A stretch of 64,000 nucleotides of DNA from an uncultured SAR86 cluster bacterium (GCA_902622845.1 CACNRI010000002.1:196398-260397), one strand, 5' to 3'; shown: positions 19,741 through 31,208, counted from the first letter of the stretch. Notes: generated by a model from the letters alone, not told the origin. Translations and numbers: made by a program.

Positions 19741-20339
19741 TGGAAGAACATAATTCAACTTTGATTCCTATGGTAGTTGAGCAGACTGCCAGAGGAGAAC
19801 GTGCTTTTGATATATATTCAAGGTTGCTGAAAGAGAGAGTTATTTTCCTTACTGGACCTATAAATGATCAAATCTCAAATCTGGTAGTTGCGCAGTTATT
19901 ATTTCTAGAATCTGAAAATCCTAAGAAAGACATAAGCATTTATATTAACTCACCGGGTGGCGTCATATCATCTGGCTTAGCAATTTATGACACAATGCAA
20001 TTTGTATCTCCTTCTATATCTACATTATGTATAGGTCAAGCTGCCTCAATGGGTGCTCTATTGCTTGCTGGAGGTGAGAAAGGGAAAAGATTTGCTCTTC
20101 CTAATTCTAGGATTATGATTCATCAACCACTTGGAGGTTTTCAAGGCCAGGCTTCAGATATTGAGATTCATGCTCAAGAAATACTGCTAATGAAGAAGAA
20201 GGTAAATGAAATATTATCTAAACATACCGGAAAAAGCCTCAAAACTGTTGAAAAAGACACTGATAGAGATAACTTTCTCAACGCAGAGGAATCCAAAAAA
20301 TATGGGATAATTGATGAAATACTTGAAGAAAGAAACTAA
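19740..20339 (+). CDS. clpP: ATP-dependent Clp protease proteolytic subunit
   Basis: [41 protein letters not shown]. Confidence 0.98.
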   Translation: MEEHNSTLIPMVVEQTARGERAFDIYSRLLKERVIFLTGPINDQISNLVVAQLLFLESENPKKDISIYINSPGGVISSGLAIYDTMQFVSPSISTLCIGQAASMGALLLAGGEKGKRFALPNSRIMIHQPLGGFQGQASDIEIHAQEILLMKKKVNEILSKHTGKSLKTVEKDTDRDNFLNAEESKKYGIIDEILEERN

Positions 20340-21589
20340 TGACTGATACTAAAGATCAAAAAAAATTACACTGTTCATTTTGTGGAAAAAATCAAGATGA
20401 AGTCAAAAAACTTATAGCAGGTCCAAGCGTATATATTTGTAATGAATGCGTTGACCTTTGTAACGATATAATCGAAGAAGAAGTAAAACATGAAGAGTCT
20501 GATGAAGAAGATATTCTACTTTCTCCATTAGAGATTTATCAAAAGCTTGATGAATATGTTATCGGCCAAGAAAAAGCAAAAAAAATTCTTTCGGTAGCTG
20601 TATATAATCATTACAAAAGACTTAGAAATAATAAAGCTAAAGAAGTTGAGCTTCAAAAAAGTAATGTTCTTCTTTTAGGTCCTACAGGTAGCGGAAAAAC
20701 TCTCTTAGCTCAAACACTTGCCAAAATACTCAATGTTCCTTTCACAATTGCAGATGCTACAACTCTTACAGAAGCAGGTTATGTTGGTGAGGATGTTGAG
20801 AATATCATTCAAAAGCTTTTACAAAAATGTGATTATGACCCTGAAAGGGCTCAGCTAGGCATTGTTTATATTGATGAAATAGATAAGATTGCACGCAAAA
20901 CAGATAATCCTTCAATAACAAGGGATGTTTCTGGTGAAGGCGTTCAGCAAGCACTCCTTAAATTAATTGAAGGGACAATTGCATCTATTCCTCCTCAGGG
21001 CGGAAGAAAACATCCACAACAAGAATTTATTCAAGTAGATACATCAAATATCTTGTTTATTTGTGGTGGTGCTTTTTCTGGTCTTGATAAAGTCATCAGA
21101 GACAGAACAGAAAAAACAGGAATTGGTTTCTCAGCTGAAGTCAATTCAGTTGATGATAAAGAAGTTAAGAAAATGAACATAGAAGATGTCGAGCCTGAGG
21201 ATTTAGTAAAATTTGGACTAATACCAGAATTTGTCGGAAGACTTCCTGTAATAAGTACATTGCATGAGTTAGATGAGGATGCCTTGGTTAGAATCTTGCA
21301 AGAGCCTAAGAATGCTCTAGTTAATCAATATAAATATCTTTTTGAGATTGATTCAGTTGATTTAAGTTTTAGAGATGAAGCTCTTAGAAGCATCGCTAAA
21401 AGGGCTATCGCCAGAAAAACTGGCGCAAGAGGTCTTAGATCAATATTAGAGGACATCTTGATGGATGTTATGTTTGAACTACCAGATGAAAGTCTTGAAA
21501 AAGTCATTATTGATGAAAATTCAGCTGATAATGGCTCTGATCCTATTAAAGTCTTTAAATCCCCAAAAAAGAAATCTTCCGCAAGCTGA
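20339..21589 (+). CDS. clpX: ATP-dependent Clp protease ATP-binding subunit
   Basis: CSFC...CNEC Zn finger, [26 protein letters not shown] loop, GARGLR. Confidence 0.98.
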   Translation: MTDTKDQKKLHCSFCGKNQDEVKKLIAGPSVYICNECVDLCNDIIEEEVKHEESDEEDILLSPLEIYQKLDEYVIGQEKAKKILSVAVYNHYKRLRNNKAKEVELQKSNVLLLGPTGSGKTLLAQTLAKILNVPFTIADATTLTEAGYVGEDVENIIQKLLQKCDYDPERAQLGIVYIDEIDKIARKTDNPSITRDVSGEGVQQALLKLIEGTIASIPPQGGRKHPQQEFIQVDTSNILFICGGAFSGLDKVIRDRTEKTGIGFSAEVNSVDDKEVKKMNIEDVEPEDLVKFGLIPEFVGRLPVISTLHELDEDALVRILQEPKNALVNQYKYLFEIDSVDLSFRDEALRSIAKRAIARKTGARGLRSILEDILMDVMFELPDESLEKVIIDENSADNGSDPIKVFKSPKKKSSAS

Positions 21590-21623
21590 TTGATTATTAT
21601 TAATTAATCCCTAAATATTGTTT

Positions 21624-24011
21624 ATGGTTACAATAACAAAAGATTATCCCATTATACCTTTGAGAGATGTTGTGGTATTCCCAGGCATTGTTACTACCTT
21701 ATTTGTTGGAAGATCAAAATCAGTAGAAGCATTAAATTCTGCAATGGCTTCAGATAAAAAACTTGTTTTGGTTGCTCAAAGAGATGCGTCCAACGAAGAT
21801 CCAACTTTCAAAGACATCTATCATTTTGGAACTGTTAGCAATCTTCTTCAGCTTATAAAGCTTCCTGATGGAACCATGAAAGTCTTAGTTGAAGGTTCAA
21901 AAAGATGTCAAATTGAGAAAATAAATGAAACAAAAGGTGTAACAAAAGCTGTCGTAACTGAAATTGATGATGATGTTATTAAGGTTTCTGACTCTATGAA
22001 TCTCGTTAGATTTATAAAAACTAAGTTTAACGACTATGTAGCATCTACAAAAAAAATACCACCGGAAATATTATCTACTATCGATGCAATTGATGATCTT
22101 TCTAAGTTAATAGACAACATTGTAAATCACTTAAATATTGATACCTCTCAAAAACAAGAAATTTTAGAAATCTTTGATCTTCAAAAAAGATCCGAAAGCT
22201 TATTAACTTTTATTGAATCTCAGCTAGATGTTATTGATGTTGAGAAAAGGATTAGATCAAGAGTAAAAAAACAGATGGAAAAATCTCAAAGAGAATATTA
22301 CTTAAACGAAAAGATAAAGGCAGCTCAAAAAGAACTTGGTGAGATTGGTGAGGAAGGTGATGAGTTTCAGGTACTTAAAAACAAAATAGAAAAAGCCGGA
22401 ATGTCTAAAGAAGCTCTTAAAAAAGCAAAAAGCGAATTCTCAAAATTTAAAATGATGTCCCCAACTTCTGCGGAGGCATCGGTAATAAGATCTTATCTTG
22501 AATGTCTGATTGATGTTCCTTGGAAGAAAAGAGGTAAAGTTAAGTCTGATATTAAATTAGCTCTTGATACACTTAACGATGATCACTATGGATTAGAAGA
22601 GGTAAAAGATAGAATATTAGAATATCTAGCTGTCCAAAAAAGAGTCAAAAATCTTAAAGCACCTGTGTTATGTCTAGTTGGACCTCCGGGAGTTGGAAAA
22701 ACCTCCCTTGGTGAATCAATCGCTAGAGCAACAAATAGAAAGTTTATAAGAATGTCTCTTGGTGGAGTAAGAGATGAAGCTGAAATAAGAGGCCATAGAA
22801 GAACTTATATCGGTTCTATGCCTGGAAAGATAATACAAAAACTTACAAAAGTTGGTGTCAAAAACCCTCTTTTTCTTCTTGATGAAGTAGACAAAATAGG
22901 GATGGACCACAGGGGAGATCCTGCATCTGCTTTGCTTGAGGTTTTAGATCCAGAACAGAACACATCTTTCAGCGATCATTATCTGGAAGTTGATTACGAT
23001 CTTTCTGAGGTTATGTTTGTTTGTACAGCAAATAGCCTTAATATTCCTGGTCCACTATTAGACAGAATGGAAATAATAAGGATCCCAGGCTACATTGAAG
23101 ATGAAAAACTAGAAATTGCCCAGAATTATCTCTTACCAAAGCAATTAAAAAGAAATGGTCTTGATGACAATGAGCTTAAACTAAACAAAAATGTTCTTCT
23201 TGATCTTATAAGATATTACACTCGTGAGGCTGGAGTGAGAGGCTTAGAAAGACAAATATCTAAAATTTTACGAAAAGTTGTTAAAGAAAGACTTCTCTCT
23301 AAAAGAAAAACTGCAACAAAGATTGATTCGAAGAATTTAGAAAAATATTCTGGCGTTAGGAAGTTCAAGTTTGGAGAGGCTGAGTCTTCTAATACTATTG
23401 GTCAAGTTTGTGGACTTGCATGGACTGAGGTTGGTGGCGAATTACTAACTATAGAAGCCTCTAAAGTTTCAGGAAAAGGAAAAACAATTAAAACTGGCTC
23501 GTTAGGTGAGGTTATGCAAGAGTCGATTCAAGCAGCGCTTACTGTTGTTAGGTCAAGATCAGATTCTCTTGGTATTAAGAAAGACTTTTATGAAAAATTT
23601 GATACTCATATTCATGTTCCTGAGGGTGCAACACCAAAAGATGGACCCAGTGCAGGTGTTGGGATGACTACCGCTCTAATCTCTGCATTTACTGAAATTC
23701 CAGTAAGATCGGATGTTGCTATGACGGGAGAAATTACTCTCAGAGGACAGGTCCTAAAAATTGGTGGACTCAAGGAAAAATTGCTAGCTGCGAAGAGGGG
23801 CGGCATCAAAAAGGTAATCATACCATTGGATAATAAGGCTGATCTTAAAGAAATTCCTGATGTAATTACAGATAAACTCGATATAGTTCCTGTTGAATGG
23901 ATAGATGAAGTAATTTTGCATTCGCTTGAATCTCAACCTAGCGCAATTAACAAATCATCAAGCTTTAAGTCAAAAACAAAAAAATCTGCAAAAACATTAA
24001 GCAAACACTAA
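21624..24011 (+). CDS. lon: Lon protease
   Basis: PLRDVVVFP, GPPGVGKTS, DEVDK, PKDGPSAG (catalytic Ser), IGGLKEK. Alternative TTG start at 21618. Confidence 0.98.
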   Translation: MVTITKDYPIIPLRDVVVFPGIVTTLFVGRSKSVEALNSAMASDKKLVLVAQRDASNEDPTFKDIYHFGTVSNLLQLIKLPDGTMKVLVEGSKRCQIEKINETKGVTKAVVTEIDDDVIKVSDSMNLVRFIKTKFNDYVASTKKIPPEILSTIDAIDDLSKLIDNIVNHLNIDTSQKQEILEIFDLQKRSESLLTFIESQLDVIDVEKRIRSRVKKQMEKSQREYYLNEKIKAAQKELGEIGEEGDEFQVLKNKIEKAGMSKEALKKAKSEFSKFKMMSPTSAEASVIRSYLECLIDVPWKKRGKVKSDIKLALDTLNDDHYGLEEVKDRILEYLAVQKRVKNLKAPVLCLVGPPGVGKTSLGESIARATNRKFIRMSLGGVRDEAEIRGHRRTYIGSMPGKIIQKLTKVGVKNPLFLLDEVDKIGMDHRGDPASALLEVLDPEQNTSFSDHYLEVDYDLSEVMFVCTANSLNIPGPLLDRMEIIRIPGYIEDEKLEIAQNYLLPKQLKRNGLDDNELKLNKNVLLDLIRYYTREAGVRGLERQISKILRKVVKERLLSKRKTATKIDSKNLEKYSGVRKFKFGEAESSNTIGQVCGLAWTEVGGELLTIEASKVSGKGKTIKTGSLGEVMQESIQAALTVVRSRSDSLGIKKDFYEKFDTHIHVPEGATPKDGPSAGVGMTTALISAFTEIPVRSDVAMTGEITLRGQVLKIGGLKEKLLAAKRGGIKKVIIPLDNKADLKEIPDVITDKLDIVPVEWIDEVILHSLESQPSAINKSSSFKSKTKKSAKTLSKH

Positions 24012-24027
24012 TTCCTTTAAACTAAAA

Positions 24028-24059
24028 AAACCCTTTAAAAGCTTGACTTTTTAGGGTTT
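24028..24059 (+). other. Imperfect hairpin (AAACCCT...AGGGTTT) after lon, enclosing a TTGACT -35-like element upstream of hupB
   Basis: Outer 7-bp and inner 5-bp stems; no clear downstream U-tract. Confidence 0.35.
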
Positions 24060-24105
24060 CTGGCTTTTCATAGAAGAGTAAATTTTTCAATTTAGAGGAG
24101 ATCAA

Positions 24106-24384
24106 ATGAATAAATCAGATTTAGTAGATGCAGTTGCTTCTAAAGCAGATATGTCAAAAGCAGAAGCTGGAAGAGCAGTTGATGCTGTACTTGGTTCTGT
24201 GGGGGACGCTCTTGGTAACGGTGATTCTGTTTCTTTAGTAGGATTCGGAACATTTTCAGTAAGACATAGAGCAGCTAGAATGGGTAGAAACCCTCAAACT
24301 GGGGCAACAATGCAAATCGCTGCATCAAAAGTTCCTGGTTTTAAAGCTGGAAAAGCTCTTAAGGACAAAGTCAAGCACGGCTAA
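24106..24384 (+). CDS. hupB: DNA-binding protein HU
   Basis: [37 protein letters not shown]; GAGGAG SD; lon-hupB-ppiD synteny. Confidence 0.96.
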   Translation: MNKSDLVDAVASKADMSKAEAGRAVDAVLGSVGDALGNGDSVSLVGFGTFSVRHRAARMGRNPQTGATMQIAASKVPGFKAGKALKDKVKHG

Positions 24385-24404
24385 TTAGTCTTTAAAAATC
24401 AATG

Positions 24405-24432
24405 AGGGTGCTTATTATGCACCCTTTTTTTT
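24405..24432 (+). terminator. Intrinsic terminator of hupB
   Basis: AGGGTGC-ttattat-GCACCCT followed by a T-run. Confidence 0.85.
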
Positions 24433-24450
24433 ATTATAATAATCACGTTT

Positions 24451-26301
24451 ATGGATGCATTAAGATCTTTTTTATCAGGGCCAAGGTTGGCTATTATAGG
24501 AATTCTCCTAGCTATACCATTTGTTTTTTTTGGATCGAGTAGTTTTGGAACTGTTTTTACTAACTATGGAAAGGTTAATGGCCTTACTGTATCTACTCTA
24601 GACGTAAGTATAGCAATTAATTCAGTTACTTCTCGATTGCAGCAAATATATGGAGATGACTTTACTGTTGAAAGCCTTGAAGAGGGTATTTTTAATAATC
24701 TTGTAAGAAATGAAATTGTTAGCCAAAAAGCTTTACTCTATCAAGTAAAACAAATGAATTTAGTGAATTCTGAGGATGAGGCTAAAAGATTGATAATGTC
24801 TGAACCATCTTTTCAAACAGACGGATTATTTGATCAAAATATATTTGAAGCTACCATAAGGCAAAATGGTATTTTGCCCAATGAGTACATTGAGAATATT
24901 CAAAATAGCTCACTTGTGAATGACTTTCTTTTAGCTATATCTGATTCAAGCTTCCAGATTGAGGCAGAGCTCAAGAATCAAATCAGGCTTATAGAGCAGG
25001 AGAGAAATATAGATTTTTTTAAGATTGATTTTAATGCGCTTAAAAGCAATATCAATCCTAGTCTAGAAAATGCTCTTGAGTATTATGAATCTAATCAGCT
25101 TTTATTTATGGATGATGAAAAAAGATCATTTAATTTGCTATCGATTTCTCAAGATAGATTTAAAGAGCTTGTGGAAATACCTGAAGACTTTATAGAAAAT
25201 GAATACAAAGACTACTTAGAAAGGATAAATGCTCTAGCTGAAAGAAGAATTTCTCACATAATGGTTGAAGCCTCTAACTATGCATCTAAAGAGGATGCAT
25301 ACAATGCTTTATTATCAATACAAAATAAAATTGGTAATGATCTAACATTTGAAGAAGCTGCTGAGCAGTTTAGTGAAGATTTAATATCAGCTGATCAGCA
25401 AGGAGATTTAGGTTTTTCTAGTGGAGATAGTTTTCCTCCTGAGTTTGAGATTGCTCTTGATTCAATGTCTGTAGGAAGTTTGTCTGAAATCATAGAGCTT
25501 GAGGAGTCATTGCACATAATTAAATTTACTGAACAGAATAAAGAAACTCCAAAATCTAAAGAGAGCATGTCAAAACAGTTTGTTTCTGATCTATTAGAAG
25601 CTGAATCATATGCTCTAATGCTCGATCTAAGAGATGAAATTGAAGATTTATTGTTAAGTGGATTCTCAGTCGAGGCTATTGCGAATGAGTTCAATCTTGA
25701 GTTCTCTGTGAGCAATAAGACAAGTTATGAAGATTTTGAAATATATGATAATCCAGCTATCAGAGACTTTCTTTATGGAATTGATTTTCCAAGTGATTTT
25801 GCCGAAATTTTTGAACTTGATGATAGAGTCTTAGTAGCTTCTGTTTCAGAAGTAGTTGCTCCCTCAGTTCTTCCTTTTGATCAAGTAACAGACGATGTAT
25901 TTGAACGATTGAGAATAGATCAAGCTAATTTGGATTTAGTGGATTTAACAAATGACTTAGTGGCTGCAATAAATGACGATACTTTTGTATTGGATAATAG
26001 TAATGTTCTTCAAGACAGTTTTACTTCTGTAAAAAGAGGCTCATCACTATTTCCTGCGAATGTACTGAATGAAATTTTTTCATCTTCTATTGACTCAGTC
26101 CAAAATATTAGAGCTTTCAACTCAGATATATATGTATTCAAGGTTACTAAAATAACTGAACCATCTGATGATTTTATTAGCTCCATAATCACAGATTATG
26201 ATAATTTCTCTTCAACAACGTCTCTTGTTAAACTTAACTTGATTATTGAAAAAGAAATAAATAGTCGAATAAGAGATAATATTAAAAACTTAAATATTTA
26301 A
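24451..26301 (+). CDS. ppiD: Periplasmic chaperone/PPIase PpiD
   Basis: N-terminal TM, SurA-like domain, parvulin segment (RRISHIM...FEEAAEQFSED...GDLGF...PEFE); follows hupB. Confidence 0.85.
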   Translation: MDALRSFLSGPRLAIIGILLAIPFVFFGSSSFGTVFTNYGKVNGLTVSTLDVSIAINSVTSRLQQIYGDDFTVESLEEGIFNNLVRNEIVSQKALLYQVKQMNLVNSEDEAKRLIMSEPSFQTDGLFDQNIFEATIRQNGILPNEYIENIQNSSLVNDFLLAISDSSFQIEAELKNQIRLIEQERNIDFFKIDFNALKSNINPSLENALEYYESNQLLFMDDEKRSFNLLSISQDRFKELVEIPEDFIENEYKDYLERINALAERRISHIMVEASNYASKEDAYNALLSIQNKIGNDLTFEEAAEQFSEDLISADQQGDLGFSSGDSFPPEFEIALDSMSVGSLSEIIELEESLHIIKFTEQNKETPKSKESMSKQFVSDLLEAESYALMLDLRDEIEDLLLSGFSVEAIANEFNLEFSVSNKTSYEDFEIYDNPAIRDFLYGIDFPSDFAEIFELDDRVLVASVSEVVAPSVLPFDQVTDDVFERLRIDQANLDLVDLTNDLVAAINDDTFVLDNSNVLQDSFTSVKRGSSLFPANVLNEIFSSSIDSVQNIRAFNSDIYVFKVTKITEPSDDFISSIITDYDNFSSTTSLVKLNLIIEKEINSRIRDNIKNLNI

Positions 26302-26308
26302 ATAAAAA

Positions 26309-27925
26309 ATGAAAAAAATAACTTCTATATTTTTGGTTGCCATTTTATATGGTTGTGGTTCAACTGTTTCTCCTGTTGATCAAGGCCTAATTGATCAAGT
26401 CATGCATATTGGAAATGGCTCTGAGCCCCAAGGCTTAGATCCTCATATTGTTACAGGCGTTCCTGAGCACCATCTTTTAATAACAATGTGTGAAGGCTTA
26501 ACAATTTCAAATCCAGAGGGTGGAGCAAATCTTCCTGGCATGGCTGAGAGCTGGGAAATAAGCGAAGACGGAAAAACTTATATCTTCAATATTAGGAAAG
26601 ATGCTAAATGGTCAAATGGAGATGATTTTCTTGCTGAAGATATGGTTTGGTCGTGGATGAGAGTCCTCACTCCAAGTTTAGGATCTCAATATCCAGATAT
26701 GCTCTATTATGTTGTTGGTGCTGAAGAATTTAATACTGGAGTAATAACAGACTTTTCTAAAGTAGGAGTCAAAGCAATAGATGCAAAAACTCTAGAAGTA
26801 AAATTAAAAAATCCTACACCATTTTTTCTAGGACTTCTTAGTCATTATTCTACATGGCCTGTCCATAAGGAGACGGTACTGGAGTTTGGCGAGATTGATG
26901 ATAGGCAGGGTTTGTGGACCAGACCTGGAAATTTTGTTTGCAATGGGCCTATGAATCTAAAATCTTGGGAACTAAATAAAAAAATTATTGTAGAAAAAAA
27001 TCCTCTCTACTGGGATGCTGATAAGGTAAGACTTAACCAAATGCATTTTTATCCAGTTTCAGACATTAATACTGAGGAAAGAATGTTCAGAGCAGGACAA
27101 CTTCACTTAACATCTACAGTGCCCTCTCAAAAGTGTGGAGTTTGGAGAGAAGAAGGAAATCCAAATCTTAGAATAGATCCGTATATGGGAACATACTACT
27201 ACAGAGCAAATGTAAATGTTGAACCTTTGAATAATGTTAAAGTAAGAAAAGCTTTAACCTATTCTATTGATAGAGAAAAACTAACGGAAAAAGTTACTCA
27301 ATGTGGACAAATTCCTGCCTACTCATTTACGCCTCCAGGTGCCGCAGGATATAACCCTGATACAGAAATACCGTATGACCCAGAACTAGCGCGTCAGCTT
27401 CTTTCAGAAGCTCTTGAGGAAGAAGGAATTAGTGGTATCGAGGATTTTCCTGTTCTACAAATCTTATACAATACATCTGAAGATCACAGAAAAATTGCTT
27501 TAACTATTCAACAAATGTGGCAACAAAATCTTGGTATTAATGTTGAGCTCGAGAATATGGATTGGAAAGTTTATCTCAGCAGACAAAATTCTATGGATTA
27601 TCAGATTTCAAGAGCTGGATGGATTGGAGACTATGAGGATCCAAATACTTTTTTAGATATTATGAGAACTGGTAGAGGAAATAATAGAACTGGATGGAGT
27701 AACCAAGAGTTTGATGAGTTAGTTGGAAAAGCCAATGCAACTGCAGATCAAGAGGAAAGATATAGGTTTTTAGGTGAAGCAGAAAAAATACTTATTGATG
27801 AATTGCCAATCATTCCTGTCTATACTTATGTTCGTTCGTATCAGCTTTCTTCTGATGTAAAAGGATACTCTCCAAATTATTTAGATCATCATCACCCGAA
27901 AACACTTTATCTAGAGCGAGACTAA
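26309..27925 (+). CDS. oppA: Oligopeptide ABC transporter substrate-binding lipoprotein (family 5)
   Basis: Lipobox LYGC; GNGSEPQGLDPH, DAKWSNGD, NGPMNLKSW, RAGWIGDYEDPNTFL. Confidence 0.88.
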   Translation: MKKITSIFLVAILYGCGSTVSPVDQGLIDQVMHIGNGSEPQGLDPHIVTGVPEHHLLITMCEGLTISNPEGGANLPGMAESWEISEDGKTYIFNIRKDAKWSNGDDFLAEDMVWSWMRVLTPSLGSQYPDMLYYVVGAEEFNTGVITDFSKVGVKAIDAKTLEVKLKNPTPFFLGLLSHYSTWPVHKETVLEFGEIDDRQGLWTRPGNFVCNGPMNLKSWELNKKIIVEKNPLYWDADKVRLNQMHFYPVSDINTEERMFRAGQLHLTSTVPSQKCGVWREEGNPNLRIDPYMGTYYYRANVNVEPLNNVKVRKALTYSIDREKLTEKVTQCGQIPAYSFTPPGAAGYNPDTEIPYDPELARQLLSEALEEEGISGIEDFPVLQILYNTSEDHRKIALTIQQMWQQNLGINVELENMDWKVYLSRQNSMDYQISRAGWIGDYEDPNTFLDIMRTGRGNNRTGWSNQEFDELVGKANATADQEERYRFLGEAEKILIDELPIIPVYTYVRSYQLSSDVKGYSPNYLDHHHPKTLYLERD

Positions 27926-27931
27926 AAATTA

Positions 27932-28855
27932 ATGCTTAATGTTTTAATAAGAAGGATATTAATAGCAATTCCTGTCTTAATTGTAGTTGCTAGTCTTACA
28001 TTCTTTTTTATTAGATTGGCTCCAGGCGGACCATTTGATGCTGACAAGGTTGTTTCACCTCAAGTGATGAAGAACTTAAATGCAGCTTACAATCTTGATG
28101 CGCCACTTCATGAACAATACTTTGATTATATGTCTGGAGTAGTTGTTGGCGATTTTGGTCCATCATTTAGATATCCTGGAAGATCTGTATCTGAAATGAT
28201 ATATACAGGACTTCCAATAACCTTCGAGTTGGCATTCTATGCTTTAATGATTGCAGTTGCACTTGGAATATTTTCTGGTGTTTTGGCTGCGCTAAAAAGA
28301 AATACTTTTTTAGATTACTTCCCAATGGCTATTGCGATGCTTGGAATATGCGTTCCAACATTTTTAATGGGCCCAATTTTAGTTTTAGTTTTTGGTATAA
28401 ATCTTGAAGTACTTCCAGTCTCAGGTTGGGATACTCTATCGGGTGATAAGCTCTTACCGTCAATAACCTTAGGCTTTGCATATGCTGCATATATTGCAAG
28501 GTTGAGTAGAGGAGGCATGCTAGAAGTCCTTGGTCAAGATTTCATAAGAACTGCTAGAGCAAAAGGTCTTAGTGAATTTAGTATCGTTACGAGGCATGCC
28601 ATGCAGGGAGGATTATTGCCGGTTGTTTCATTCATGGGTCCTGCAATTGCTGGATTACTTGGCGGCTCATTCGTTGTAGAAACAATATTTCAAATTCCTG
28701 GACTTGGAAGATTCTATGTTGAAGCTGCTTTCAATAGAGACTATACAATGATTCTTGGAACAACAATTTTCTTCTCAGCAATGATAATCTTCTTTAACCT
28801 ATTGTCTGATTTAGCTGTTCTTTTATTAAATCCCAGAGCCAGGGAAAATTTATGA
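27932..28855 (+). CDS. oppB: Oligopeptide ABC transporter permease
   Basis: LAPGGPFD, GDFGPS, EAA-loop DFIRTARAKGLSE, NRDYTMILG. Confidence 0.92.
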   Translation: MLNVLIRRILIAIPVLIVVASLTFFFIRLAPGGPFDADKVVSPQVMKNLNAAYNLDAPLHEQYFDYMSGVVVGDFGPSFRYPGRSVSEMIYTGLPITFELAFYALMIAVALGIFSGVLAALKRNTFLDYFPMAIAMLGICVPTFLMGPILVLVFGINLEVLPVSGWDTLSGDKLLPSITLGFAYAAYIARLSRGGMLEVLGQDFIRTARAKGLSEFSIVTRHAMQGGLLPVVSFMGPAIAGLLGGSFVVETIFQIPGLGRFYVEAAFNRDYTMILGTTIFFSAMIIFFNLLSDLAVLLLNPRARENL

Positions 28856-29703
28856 ATAATTCCTCTCTTTGGCAAGACGCAGTAAGAAGACTTATTCAAA
28901 ATAGGGCAGCCATGATTGGGGGCATCACGATACTTTTACTTATCATACTTGCTGTATTTGCTCCTTGGATTGCTCCATATTCTTATTCATATCAAAATCT
29001 TGATATTGGAGCCTCTCCTCCCTCTGCAGAGCATTTACTGGGTACTGACGTGTTAGGAAGAGATTTATTGAGTAGGCTTTTATATGGGGCCAGGATCTCT
29101 TTACTTGTGGGCTTTGTTGCAACGGGAGTAGCCCTAGTTATTGGAGTTAGTTGGGGTATTATTGCCGGCTATTTTGGTGGAAGAGTTGATTCAATAATGA
29201 TGAGAATAGTTGATGTTTTGTATGGACTTCCATTCATAATTTTTATTATTCTTTTAATGGTTATCTTTGGAAGAAATATATGGCTCCTGTTTGCAGCTAT
29301 CGGAGCTGTAGAGTGGCTAACAATGGCAAGGATTGTTAGAGCTCAAGTGATTGGTTTAAAAAATCAAGAGTTTGTTCAGGCTGCTCAAGTCATGGGAGTT
29401 AGTAATTTTTCAATGTTTAGAAGGCATATACTTCCAAATATTCTTGGACCAATTGCCGTTTATGCAACTCTCACAATACCTCAAGTAATGTTATTGGAGG
29501 CTTTCTTAAGTTTCCTTGGTTTGGGTATTCAGCCACCAATGAGTAGTTGGGGTACCCTTATAAGATATGGAGTTGAATCAATGGAAGAGCATTATTGGCT
29601 GTTAATATATCCTGGTTTAACTTTCACCATAACTCTCTTTGCTTTAAATTTCTTTGGAGATGGTCTTAGAGATGCCCTAGATCCCAAAACCTCAGATAAC
29701 TAA
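28852..29703 (+). CDS. oppC: Oligopeptide ABC transporter permease
   Basis: HLLGTDVLGRDL, RHILPN, EAFLSFLGLG, GDGLRDALDP. Confidence 0.92.
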   Translation: MNNSSLWQDAVRRLIQNRAAMIGGITILLLIILAVFAPWIAPYSYSYQNLDIGASPPSAEHLLGTDVLGRDLLSRLLYGARISLLVGFVATGVALVIGVSWGIIAGYFGGRVDSIMMRIVDVLYGLPFIIFIILLMVIFGRNIWLLFAAIGAVEWLTMARIVRAQVIGLKNQEFVQAAQVMGVSNFSMFRRHILPNILGPIAVYATLTIPQVMLLEAFLSFLGLGIQPPMSSWGTLIRYGVESMEEHYWLLIYPGLTFTITLFALNFFGDGLRDALDPKTSDN

Positions 29704-31208
29704 AACGCTTTAATCGTAATTTTTAAAATTTGACCTGGTCTTATAATATCCAAATTTTCATTATCCTGCTTGATTGTTTTAATAGATACATTAAAGAGTT
29801 TAGAAATCTTTGATAAGTTATCACCTTGTTTAACAGAATAGAGGATCGTTCTTTTCTTTGAATCTATATTTCTATAGATATTTTTATTACCTATATTCAA
29901 AACCTGACCAATTTTTATGTCCGAGCCACTATCTAGGTTATTTATATCTATTATCTTTTTTTCAGAAACTCCAAACTTTCTCGCTAAACTCCACAAGGTG
30001 TCACCCTCGCTCACAACATGAGCTTCAAATGGTATAAGAATATTTGATGATGCCTGCCCAACAGGAATTAGTAATACTTGATTTATTGACAATGTATCTG
30101 AGTCAAGCTGATTCACTTGCCTAATGATATCAATCTTTGTCCTATATTTTTTTGCCAATACCCACAAACTTTCACCTCTAGACACGTCATGTGAAATCCA
30201 GTTTATTTTTTGGGATTGAATGTATTCTTGACCATTCATCTCATATTTAGCCTTGTTTTCAACTGGAACATAAAAGGTGCTTACCATATTTGGATCAGTT
30301 GCCCATTTTGTGTAACCTGCATTAAGCTTATAAAGAAGTTCAGGTTGTAGATTAAGAAAATCACTAAAGTTTAAGATCTCTATTTGCTCTTCAAAAGAGA
30401 TCTTATCTACGACCTTTGAATATGGAATCTCTGGGAGATCAACACCATATTTTTCATTATTATTAATTAGTTCAATCAATGCTAAAAATTTTGGAATATA
30501 GTTTCTTGTTTGAGCGGACAGTGACAAATCTTTATAAGAAATAACTGAAGTCCTTCTTGAATTTCTTTGAATAGCCTTTGCAGTAAAAGTTGGCCCTGCA
30601 TTATAGGCAACTAAGACCAGATAAATGTCTTCGTTAAATCTTTTATATAGATAGTCAATGTACCTTATTGCTGCATCTGTTGATTTATAAGGATCATGCC
30701 TCTCTTCAACCCACCAATTTTCTTTCAACCCAAGTAGTTCAGCTGTTCTCGGCATTATTTGCCATAATCCAACTGCTCCAGATGAAGAAATAGAAAATGG
30801 GTCATAACTACTCTCAATAAATGGTAAAAAAGCAAGCTCAATAGGCAAGTTATTCCTTTTGAGCTCTTCAATAACGTAGTATAAGAAATAATAAGAATTT
30901 TCAAGATAGTTTTCGAAAAGGTCTACATTTTTAAGATGTTGATTCATGTAATAAAGAGTCAAATCATCGATTTCATAATCTTTGATTACAGCTTCATTTT
31001 TTAAGACTTCCCAAATACTGATTATTTCTGGAACGGATGGCTCAATATTAGCAACCTCAACTAATTGATTAGACTCAATAGTTTCTTCATTCTTTGGTTC
31101 AGAGAGATCAGGAATCATCTCAATGGATTCATCATTTGTAACTTCCAACATTTGACAGCCAGATAAAAGTAGAATGAGAGCTAAATATCTTATTTTGAGT
31201 CTTTCCAT
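29700..31208 (-). CDS. mltD: Membrane-bound lytic murein transglycosylase D with LysM repeats
   Basis: Lipobox LSGC; IESSYDP, GAVGLWQIM, AYNAG, QTRNYIPK; three LysM repeats. Confidence 0.9.
   Translation of the reverse strand: MERLKIRYLALILLLSGCQMLEVTNDESIEMIPDLSEPKNEETIESNQLVEVANIEPSVPEIISIWEVLKNEAVIKDYEIDDLTLYYMNQHLKNVDLFENYLENSYYFLYYVIEELKRNNLPIELAFLPFIESSYDPFSISSSGAVGLWQIMPRTAELLGLKENWWVEERHDPYKSTDAAIRYIDYLYKRFNEDIYLVLVAYNAGPTFTAKAIQRNSRRTSVISYKDLSLSAQTRNYIPKFLALIELINNNEKYGVDLPEIPYSKVVDKISFEEQIEILNFSDFLNLQPELLYKLNAGYTKWATDPNMVSTFYVPVENKAKYEMNGQEYIQSQKINWISHDVSRGESLWVLAKKYRTKIDIIRQVNQLDSDTLSINQVLLIPVGQASSNILIPFEAHVVSEGDTLWSLARKFGVSEKKIIDINNLDSGSDIKIGQVLNIGNKNIYRNIDSKKRTILYSVKQGDNLSKISKLFNVSIKTIKQDNENLDIIRPGQILKITIKAF

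Noticed and set aside
21590-21616. Sigma32 promoter before lon (TTGATT-N13-CCCTAAAT)
   Set aside because: Both elements are weak matches in AT-rich DNA and cannot be supported without TSS data.
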